Virus record (IMG/VR): IMGVR_UViG_3300020186_000013
Span: 124,001 to 188,000 of that record
Strand: one strand, 5' to 3'
DNA length: 64,000 nucleotides
The notes below the pieces were generated by a model. It worked only from the letters and a program-made list of their open reading frames with translations. It made no database searches and was not told the origin of the DNA. Positions 18,657 to 26,103 of this stretch are shown piece after piece (within the stretch, counting starts at the first letter, position 1; each line of letters opens with the position of its first letter). Position numbers and translations under genes: made by a program.

Positions 18657-21600
18657 CACGCCCCCTGTAGTTCGTCGCCGACGACCAGGTCGCCGGCCAG
18701 TTTCCTCGATCCGTCCGCCAGGATGATCTCGTGGTTCCTGGTGACCTCCAAAACACGGCCAGTGTCGGTCACGACCTCCATGATGTCGATCGGCTTGACG
18801 GCGAACGTGAACCAGTCGACGACCGGCATCCACATGAGCTTGCCGCCCGTGGCTTTCTTGGTCAGGACGTTGATGGCCAGTTTCTTCTGCACGACCTCGG
18901 CGATCGACACCAGGCCGCTCGACTCGGTATGGAGGAAAACCCGCTCGGTGAAGCAGCCGCTCTCGCCGCCCTTGCTGGGCGTCTCGTCCATGCCGTACCC
19001 GCCGCCGCCACGACCCTGGCCCTTGCTTTCGGCCGTGTGGTGCAACTTCATAAAGAACCGGTTGCCCGTGTGGACGCCGGGGATCTTGGACCCCGTGGCC
19101 GGATCGACGATGTCCTCGGTCGAAGTCAGGCCGTGCTTCCGCAGCTCGTCAATCGTGAACTGGTTTAAGTCCTTGATGCTACCGAAGTCTTCCAGCTTGT
19201 ACCTCTTGCCTGTCAACGCGGCAATCTTGCCTAGCTGGGCCTCGACCATCTGGGCTGGATTGGTACGACTGATCACACCGAGGGGGTTGAGCAGGATCTC
19301 GTAGGGCTTACCGTTGCGGTCGTGCGGCATCTGGTGGTCGGGGACGACGGCACTGATGACGCCCTTGTCGCCGTACCGGCCGGAGAGTTTGTCACCCACC
19401 TGCATCTGTGAAGAAGACTTAACGAGGACGACAGGCCCGTCCTTGCCCCGTACGACGTCGGTAACGACCCCAGAATCATGATGCTGCCACACAACGGATT
19501 GGTCATTGTGTCCCGCCTGCTTCTTCTTGTGGACCTTGTTGTCTGCCCGGTCGTTCTCGCGTGCGGCCAAAATGAGAGGTTGGCCGTGCTCGATTTTGGT
19601 GCCAGGTTTGATGATGCCGTCGTCGTCGAGGGACGCCAGCGTCTCCCGGTCAAACTTGCCGGGGAACAAACTGATGAAGTTCTTCTTCCCCATCTTGTGC
19701 TTGTCGTCAACCATCACCTCGTGGTGGTACATGTGGTCGCTCGACAGCCGCTTCGCCGCCGTCTCCGAGATGACCTGAGCGTCCTCGAAGTTGTACCCCT
19801 TCCACGGCGTGTACGCCACGCGGAAGTTCGCACCGAGGGCCGCAGCCCCGGTGTGGTCGGTGTAGTTGCTCTTGGCCAAGAGCTGGCCCGCTTTGAATGT
19901 GTCCCCTGGCTTCAGTGCAGGAGTATTGTGGATGTACGTCTTCCGGTTGAAGGGAAAGTTGTGATAGAGATCGACACGATCTTTGCGTCCGTCTGCGTAT
20001 TGGACGTCCATCCCTCCGTCACTGATCCCAAGGACCCGACCCCCGTGTTCACCAGCATGCACGGCCCCGAGATGACGTCCGTATTCTTCTTCAAAAGATC
20101 TCGCTCCACCCGATCCTGGAAGGCCCGATTGAACCAGGGGTGCTTCTGCGTTCGTAAGTGGTAGTGCTTGAGTGAGCATCCGAGACGCCATAGCGACCCG
20201 TTGCCCTTTGACCATGCTCTTGAGCGGGACCATGTTGCCCAGGGGCGAGAAGGCATTCTCAAAGTGGGGCAACTCGAATTGGACTTCGTTGCGTGGGACA
20301 TATGCGATCTTGCCTCCCTTCATGACCGGGATACGTTTCGCGGTCGACGCCAGTCCGCCGGGGAACGCGATCGCCGCCTCGGCCAGGTCCTGGGGGCTCT
20401 TCCAACCAAGCCTACCCGTCCTAACGTCCCGGAACTCGGAGTACATGCGACCGTCGCCGCCTTTTCGTGCCCCCCGAGCCATGTTCAGGTCGATGCCAAC
20501 GCGGAAACTCTCGGGCGTCCGCAAGGGGTCCATGAACCCCATATGACCGGGCTGCACGCTCCGGGCGTCGTCGGGAACCGACTCCATCGACGGGATGCCG
20601 CCTTCACCCAGGCGGGTGATCCGGCTCTGCTTGTCGAACACCTCGGCAGGGTTGATCTCTTCGATCGCCTGGCCCAGGCCAGAGCCCAGGAGCGTCTGCT
20701 CGATTTGCCGGGTCAGTGCCCCTGACGGCATGTCTTTCAGGTGTCCCTTCATGCTCATCTTGTGAAACAGCATCTTCTGGACGCGACCGTGGTCGCGGGC
20801 CACCCGCTCGGAGATCAGGTCCTCGGGACCCAGCACGGTCTGGAAGTGCGGGGCGTCCCGGTCGTCGACTTCGTCCTCGCCCCGACTGACGGCCAAGAGC
20901 TTCTTGGTTGCCGCCAGGATGGTGTCCTTATTCATCCGGGTGTGGGGGTGTTTGAGCGTGTACTTGGTGACCTCGGGGTCGACCTCCATGTCCTCGAACT
21001 TCTTGACCAGGGCCAGGCGACGGTGCTGCTCGTCTGGGTTGTCCCGGTCGACCTTACTCAGAATCTTGTTCTGGAGCTTGGTCAGTACCCCGCCCTCAGA
21101 CTTGAGCATATTGCTCTGGTACAGCTCGGACCCCCAGTGCTCATACAGCTCTCGGTCGGTCGTACCCATCGCCTTCAGGAGCGGCAGCAACGGCATCTCA
21201 GCTTGGCCGATCTTGATCTTGAACACGCCCTTGGCCGGATCGAGCAGGTAACGGTGGGAGACGCCCTTGCCGGGCAGGATGTTGGCGTGGGACTCCAGCT
21301 CACCGTTGTCCTTGCGACGGGTGAAGACACCGGGCATGAGCCGCTGCTGGTGGTTCAAAGTGTAATCGTTACCGCCGTGGACAAACGTGCCCATGTTCGT
21401 CAAGTGAGGGACGCGGGCGATAACCTGCTCACGGCGATCGACGAGAGCACCCGTGGCGTTGTCGGTCAACTCCCACGTGCCCTTCATGCGGCGGGCCAGG
21501 GTGCCGCCAGTCAGGAGGGCTTGCTTCCGTTGGTCGATACTGAAGTGGTCAGGGTCGATGTACTCCGGACTGTGGAGCCGGAGAGTGTGCCGGACGTTGG

Positions 21601-21772
21601 AAACCGGCTGAATGCCCTGAGCCGCCTTCAGGACGTTGCCGTAGATGTTCTGCCGCGTCTTGACGTGGTCGCCAAAGTCGCGGATGTGGGACTCCGGAAG
21701 CACGGGCGGCGGTGGCGGCGTGCTGCCGGGCAGGAGGGACGGACCCTTATCGGGGATGAGACTGTCAGGCAT
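18656..21772 (-). CDS. Phage RNA polymerase beta subunit (lacks its C-terminal tail) + N-intein
   Basis: RITRLGEGG, DPLRTPES, MASRMLTQALP, GYNFEDA, GDKLSGRYGDKGVI, LNPLGVISRTN and MKLHH are all beta signature equivalents; residues 940-1038 are intein. Confidence 0.95.
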   Translation of the reverse strand: MPDSLIPDKGPSLLPGSTPPPPPVLPESHIRDFGDHVKTRQNIYGNVLKAAQGIQPVSNVRHTLRLHSPEYIDPDHFSIDQRKQALLTGGTLARRMKGTWELTDNATGALVDRREQVIARVPHLTNMGTFVHGGNDYTLNHQQRLMPGVFTRRKDNGELESHANILPGKGVSHRYLLDPAKGVFKIKIGQAEMPLLPLLKAMGTTDRELYEHWGSELYQSNMLKSEGGVLTKLQNKILSKVDRDNPDEQHRRLALVKKFEDMEVDPEVTKYTLKHPHTRMNKDTILAATKKLLAVSRGEDEVDDRDAPHFQTVLGPEDLISERVARDHGRVQKMLFHKMSMKGHLKDMPSGALTRQIEQTLLGSGLGQAIEEINPAEVFDKQSRITRLGEGGIPSMESVPDDARSVQPGHMGFMDPLRTPESFRVGIDLNMARGARKGGDGRMYSEFRDVRTGRLGWKSPQDLAEAAIAFPGGLASTAKRIPVMKGGKIAYVPRNEVQFELPHFENAFSPLGNMVPLKSMVKGQRVAMASRMLTQALPLTNAEAPLVQSGLPGSGGARSFEEEYGRHLGAVHAGEHGGRVLGISDGGMDVQYADGRKDRVDLYHNFPFNRKTYIHNTPALKPGDTFKAGQLLAKSNYTDHTGAAALGANFRVAYTPWKGYNFEDAQVISETAAKRLSSDHMYHHEVMVDDKHKMGKKNFISLFPGKFDRETLASLDDDGIIKPGTKIEHGQPLILAARENDRADNKVHKKKQAGHNDQSVVWQHHDSGVVTDVVRGKDGPVVLVKSSSQMQVGDKLSGRYGDKGVISAVVPDHQMPHDRNGKPYEILLNPLGVISRTNPAQMVEAQLGKIAALTGKRYKLEDFGSIKDLNQFTIDELRKHGLTSTEDIVDPATGSKIPGVHTGNRFFMKLHHTAESKGQGRGGGGYGMDETPSKGGESGCFTERVFLHTESSGLVSIAEVVQKKLAINVLTKKATGGKLMWMPVVDWFTFAVKPIDIMEVVTDTGRVLEVTRNHEIILADGSRKLAGDLVVGDELQGA
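18659..18955 (-). mobile_element. Split intein, N-terminal fragment (IntN, 99 aa; Cys1)
   Basis: CFTERVFL (block A), G.VSIAEV, LEVTRNHEI (block B TxxH), ends AGDLVVGDEL followed shortly by the stop. Confidence 0.9.
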
Positions 21773-21790
21773 TCCGTTGCCCCTAACGAG

Positions 21791-22888
21791 TTACGCGACC
21801 GGCTGTTGGTCCGCCGACGAGTGGGCGATCGGCTCCGGTGTGGCGAAGATCTCGGTCGGGGATTGGTTGAACTTGCGACGGTCGCGACGCTGGAGGGCCT
21901 TCTGCAAGACAGCCGAACGGCTTCGCTTCCGCATCTTGTCGTACACGACGGCCCCAGTCAGCAGGCTCGACAGACCGGCGTACATGCCGTACCCGCCCAT
22001 GGCCTGGCCGAGGACGTTAGAACTTCCCTGGCCGAGATAGTCGGATAGAGCAGCCTGTTTCTCGACGAAAGCGTCATACAGCCGATCAAGGGCCTCGTCG
22101 AGGGCCTTCTTCTCGCCCCACTTGTGACCGCAAGAGTTGCACGCCCCGCTGTACGGGTCACCCTCCATGCTCGCACCGCATTTCGGGCAGTCCTCGCCCT
22201 TGAACGTGTGGTCGCCGGCAGACTTGGCCACGGCCTTGGGCTTGTCGTACTGCGATAGCAGAGCGTCGTGGAACTCCTGGCGGGCCGAATCGAGGGCCTG
22301 CTCGCGTTCCGTCTTGCGACGACTTTCCATCACCGCGTCGACGCCCTTCCAGCCGAGGCCCAGACCGCCAAGACCGCCGGCCAGCATCGACAGACCGTAC
22401 CACGGGATGCCGCCCTTGGTCGTCGCGTCACCGCCGAGTAACCACGGGACCGGGGTGGCCTCCTTGTCCATGGCTGCCTTCCTCTTCGGCACGTCCTCGT
22501 CTTCTTCCTCGGCCGGGATCGGCAGGGGCAGCATCGCCGACCCCGCCGTACTCCGTGCCCCGGCCATGTTCTGGCGAAGCATGTGGTGCAAGCCGACCGC
22601 CCCTCGGGCACCGGCCCCGACGCCGAGGCCGATCCCGAGGATCTTGCCGACGTCGCCCATCGCGGACTCCCGCAACGCCGTGTTCTTGGCCTCGCTTATG
22701 GCCTGGCTGATCACGAGCTGCTGGGGGGTCGGGGCCGAGCCAGTGAGCGAGTCCAAGGCCCCACGGCCCAGGTCGACGACGGGCTTGGCGGCGGCTCCGA
22801 TGGCGTCGCCCACGGCCCCGAGGAAGCCCTCTTTTTGCATCTCCTCGCGGACCTTACTGAGCACCGACTGGCAGGTTAGGCTGTCCAT
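21791..22888 (-). CDS. Gly-rich virion-like protein with an inserted Zn ribbon
   Basis: 365 aa; glycine zippers; CPKC..CNSC flanked by AKSA and EKKA. Confidence 0.75.
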   Translation of the reverse strand: MDSLTCQSVLSKVREEMQKEGFLGAVGDAIGAAAKPVVDLGRGALDSLTGSAPTPQQLVISQAISEAKNTALRESAMGDVGKILGIGLGVGAGARGAVGLHHMLRQNMAGARSTAGSAMLPLPIPAEEEDEDVPKRKAAMDKEATPVPWLLGGDATTKGGIPWYGLSMLAGGLGGLGLGWKGVDAVMESRRKTEREQALDSARQEFHDALLSQYDKPKAVAKSAGDHTFKGEDCPKCGASMEGDPYSGACNSCGHKWGEKKALDEALDRLYDAFVEKQAALSDYLGQGSSNVLGQAMGGYGMYAGLSSLLTGAVVYDKMRKRSRSAVLQKALQRRDRRKFNQSPTEIFATPEPIAHSSADQQPVA

Positions 22889-23255
22889 TGACCAACTCCA
22901 TTTGTCCGGCCGTCATGAACGGTGCCCGGTTACCGTCTTCCATGAAGTATTCGACCCACTCGACGTAGACCATTATCTGGGCGGCGTCGTACTGCCGCTT
23001 AATGTGGATGCACTGGAACCACCCGTTGGCGATCCCGTCGAGTACCTCCAAATACTTCTTATTCTGGTCCGGGTCGGTCGTGTCGAAGTGACCGTTGTGA
23101 GGGTCGGCCACCTTGACGGTCTTGTCTTCCCACTCGTCTGAAGTATACATCGGGGACGATTGGCCGCGAAACGGCATGCCGTCCTCGGTCGCCCGCCCCC
23201 AGTGCACCTTCTGGCCGTTGTGCTCCGTTCGGTTGCTGAACTTGATCAGGCTCAT
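22854..23255 (-). CDS. Hypothetical protein
   Basis: 133 aa; AAGGA RBS. Confidence 0.7.
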   Translation of the reverse strand: MSLIKFSNRTEHNGQKVHWGRATEDGMPFRGQSSPMYTSDEWEDKTVKVADPHNGHFDTTDPDQNKKYLEVLDGIANGWFQCIHIKRQYDAAQIMVYVEWVEYFMEDGNRAPFMTAGQMELVNGQPNLPVGAQ

Positions 23256-23264
23256 CTGACGTCC

Positions 23265-23657
23265 TTACAGGAACATCCGCCCGCCACGACTCTGCTTAGC
23301 CTGCTGCAACCGCCGAATCGCCTGCTGCCGGCGGACCTTGGCAGCTTCGGTACGGTAGGTGTCGATGACCTCGCGGTCCTTGATGTCGGCGACGTCCTTG
23401 TCGGTCACGTCCGTGGCCTTGGCCAAACCGGCCCCGGCGATGCCGCCCAGGATCGGCGGGGCGGCAAGGGCCAGAGGCACCCCGACGCTGCCGACGAGCT
23501 GCGTCAACGCCGTGGCGGCGTCACCGACGGCCCCGAACAACGCGAGCTTGTCCATCGCGGCCTTGACCGCCCCCGCCATTTGTTGGGCGGTCATCCCGTG
23601 CTCGACGCACCGGGCCACGAACCCGACCTTGAATGCTTCCCGTGCAGTCAGTGGCAT
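23265..23657 (-). CDS. Hypothetical virion-like protein
   Basis: 130 aa; AGGAGG RBS; VKAAMDKLALF; hydrophobic Gly-rich segment. Confidence 0.75.
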   Translation of the reverse strand: MPLTAREAFKVGFVARCVEHGMTAQQMAGAVKAAMDKLALFGAVGDAATALTQLVGSVGVPLALAAPPILGGIAGAGLAKATDVTDKDVADIKDREVIDTYRTEAAKVRRQQAIRRLQQAKQSRGGRMFL

Positions 23658-23705
23658 TTGGCCGTCCTCCTTGACAGCTAAGAAAAGGATCTCACCCCTG
23701 AATAG

Positions 23706-23903
23706 CTACCGGACCATCACGGGGCCGGCAGACACCGCACCGAACAACACCAATCCCAGGATTAGCACGCAGAACCACGGGATCAGACAATAGACGCCAA
23801 AGTTCAGTCCGTTGAATGCGGCCCCTCGTGGTTCACGAAGCCTGCACCCAGCAGGCAGCCAGAACATCATCAGTACGACCCAAATGATGACCCAAATCGT
23901 CAT
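23706..23903 (-). CDS. Small two-TM membrane protein
   Basis: MTIWVIIWVVLMMFW... plus a second hydrophobic span. Confidence 0.6.
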   Translation of the reverse strand: MTIWVIIWVVLMMFWLPAGCRLREPRGAAFNGLNFGVYCLIPWFCVLILGLVLFGAVSAGPVMVR

Positions 23904-23926
23904 AGCGTTCCTTCGGAGCGGTAAGG

Positions 23927-24319
23927 TCACATGATCCCGTTTCCGCCGGAAACGCAGACCGTCGTCGGCTGCCGGCGACGGAGGTCGCGGCAGGCCGAAG
24001 CGTCGTCCGGCATGCCCTGCTCCTGGGCCTTCCGAGCGATGTACGCCGCTTTGTCGGTAATGTTCTGCATGTAGCTCTTGAGATCGGCGTCGGCACCACG
24101 ACCGGGCGTGTCCGCCGAGTTACCAAGCATCTGGCTCAAGGCCAGCGTGTGCCGCAAGAACTCGCGAACGGACAGCGTCTCGTACGAGTTGTCGAGGGAG
24201 TCTTCGCAATGGATCAAGCCCCGGTCCGCCCAGAAGCGAACCGAGCGGTTGATGCCTTCCTTGGTCTTGCCCTGAATGATCAAGACGTCGTGACCGAAGG
24301 TGCCAATCTCGATGGTCAT
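23927..24319 (-). CDS. Hypothetical protein
   Basis: 130 aa; AGGAG RBS; pseudo-palindrome immediately upstream. Confidence 0.7.
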   Translation of the reverse strand: MTIEIGTFGHDVLIIQGKTKEGINRSVRFWADRGLIHCEDSLDNSYETLSVREFLRHTLALSQMLGNSADTPGRGADADLKSYMQNITDKAAYIARKAQEQGMPDDASACRDLRRRQPTTVCVSGGNGIM

Positions 24320-24328
24320 CCCTGACTC

Positions 24329-24346
24329 CTAGAAACCAGAATCTAA
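24329..24346. promoter_or_regulatory. Pseudo-palindrome copy CTAGAAACCAGAATCTAA
   Basis: 16/18 identical to the 14438 copy; abuts the RBS of the 24319 gene. Confidence 0.5.
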
Positions 24347-24446
24347 CTCAGAACTCGCCCAGCAGGATCTTGCGACGGACGACCGGGTCGAGCGGCAGGA
24401 GTGCCAGACCGAACCCGGTGTCGATGATCTCGTAGTCCGCACCCCT

Positions 24447-24872
24447 TCAGTAGGGTGTGAACGTCGGCGTCGCGTCCGCCGTCGCGGACGGCTTGGCGAC
24501 CAGCATGCCGGTCAGTGCATCATAAGCCTGGCCGATGATTGCCGGAAGGGCACGCTCGATGGCAGGCCCGATGAACGTGTTGAAGATGAACGGGTGGCCG
24601 ATCGCCGTCGCCAGGTAGCTCTGGATCGACTGCTTGTAAAACGCCATCGTTGCGTCGATGACGATTTGCCTTCGGTCCTCGGGCGACGCACCGACAACCT
24701 GCCCAGCCAAGTTGGTAACGGAACCGATGAACTTCGTCAGGATGCCGACCCAGTCGACAGCCGGAAGGACCGTCCCCGGTTCCGTCACGAACATGGGCAC
24801 GGTGGAACCGTAGTGAATCAGAGCCTTGTCGATCTCGGGTTGCAACTGCGTGTACAGCGGGGTCACCATCAT
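24447..24872 (-). CDS. Hypothetical protein
   Basis: Start MMVTP at 24872 with an AGGAG RBS. Confidence 0.7.
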   Translation of the reverse strand: MMVTPLYTQLQPEIDKALIHYGSTVPMFVTEPGTVLPAVDWVGILTKFIGSVTNLAGQVVGASPEDRRQIVIDATMAFYKQSIQSYLATAIGHPFIFNTFIGPAIERALPAIIGQAYDALTGMLVAKPSATADATPTFTPY

Positions 24873-24880
24873 GGGATCTC

Positions 24881-26020
24881 CTAGTGAAACAGTTTCGGCA
24901 CAACTGACCCGATGAGGCCGAGAGCGGCGACACCCTTGCCGATTTGGCTGAAGGTGTAGGGCGTGCCGACCACCTGGTTTAGCACCGCTCCGACCCAAGC
25001 CCCAGTAAGGTAATCTTTCCCCGCGTTCATTGCTAGTTGACCTAGCTGCCCGCCCGTGACGTGTCCGGGACTGCTCCGCTCGTCAGGCAGTTGCTGGGCC
25101 GCGTACATGGCCCCCATCGTCGTCGCGGCGAGGTCCGGTGACGCCCCCGACTCCCACAGCGTCTGACCGAGGGCGTTGATGTTGACGTCGTACGGCGTGC
25201 GGTGCCGATGGTCGCCGCCGCCGAACATGTCCCCGAACGCCCGCTTTACAAACGAGTCGCAAGCACCCTTGTAAGCATCGCCCACCTGTGGGGCGAGCAG
25301 GTGCTTGTTCGAGAACTCTTGGCTGTACTCTTCGGTCTGTGGGCGGCTGGTGCCGGCGAGTCGGCTTTCCAGGAGACTCGGCCGATCGAACTTAGGCGAG
25401 TCCGACAGCTGCTCGATCGGTGGGGTATCCAGCGGGTGCGGGTCGAGGAGGGAGTGGCCGGTCGCATGATTGGCGTACGCCCAGGCAGCACCGGGAGCCG
25501 CACCCGCCAGAGCACCGAGAATGGCTCCCGTCCGCTTCAATTTCTTGCCGTACTTGTGCGGCATTAACGCTTCAGCCAGAGAGCCAACACCATAACCAAG
25601 ACCACCGCCCACCAATCCGGTCGTAAGCATCGCAGCCAAAGGACTCGGGGCGTTAGGGATTCCACCGGGGTAGGTTCCTGGGAAGAAGTTGAGGAGTTCA
25701 CCGGCCCGCCGCAGCGTCTCGCTGTAGGCGACCTTGACCCAATCGCCACCCGTGGCCTCATCCCGAGTCAGGTAAGTCTCCCGCACGTGATCGGCACCGA
25801 CCGCCCGCTCGGCGGCACGCTTACACCGCAGGGCATCAGGCCGATGGAAGTCGATAGACGTACGCGGGAACAGGGCGACCTGATCGCGGTCCGGGCTATA
25901 GAAGTAATCGACGGGGTACTTGGTGAAGATCGACGCTGCCGCCTGCTTCACGTCCCAGCACGGTGCCGCCGTCTTCACGACCCAGGCATCCAGGCGGGGG
26001 ATCACGTCTTCCCAATCCAT
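24881..26020 (-). CDS. Gly-rich virion-like protein
   Basis: 379 aa; VKTAA, VKQAA, CKRAA, VKVAY and VKRAF motifs; glycine zippers. Confidence 0.75.
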   Translation of the reverse strand: MDWEDVIPRLDAWVVKTAAPCWDVKQAAASIFTKYPVDYFYSPDRDQVALFPRTSIDFHRPDALRCKRAAERAVGADHVRETYLTRDEATGGDWVKVAYSETLRRAGELLNFFPGTYPGGIPNAPSPLAAMLTTGLVGGGLGYGVGSLAEALMPHKYGKKLKRTGAILGALAGAAPGAAWAYANHATGHSLLDPHPLDTPPIEQLSDSPKFDRPSLLESRLAGTSRPQTEEYSQEFSNKHLLAPQVGDAYKGACDSFVKRAFGDMFGGGDHRHRTPYDVNINALGQTLWESGASPDLAATTMGAMYAAQQLPDERSSPGHVTGGQLGQLAMNAGKDYLTGAWVGAVLNQVVGTPYTFSQIGKGVAALGLIGSVVPKLFH

Positions 26021-26040
26021 GGGCAGGGCTCCAATGCGAA

Positions 26041-26065
26041 GAGGTCGGGGTTGACCCCCGACCTC
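26041..26065 (-). terminator. Hairpin downstream of nrdJ
   Basis: GAGGTCGGGG-TTGAC-CCCCGACCTC, perfect 10-bp stem. Confidence 0.55.
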
Positions 26066-26103
26066 TTATCATACTCGGTTTCCGTCTGCGGGCTCAACCG
26101 GTA

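Noticed and set aside
16507-21772. One contiguous intein broken by sequencing frameshifts
   Set aside because: It would need two separate frameshifts. The middle ORF has no endonuclease motif, both junctions are clean TGATG/ATGA overlaps, IntC has its own RBS, and fragment lengths fit natural split inteins.
10565-21772. Cellular rpoB/rpoC operon
   Set aside because: Too divergent, no zinc sites, split differently, no ribosomal-protein neighbours, and embedded among virion-type genes.
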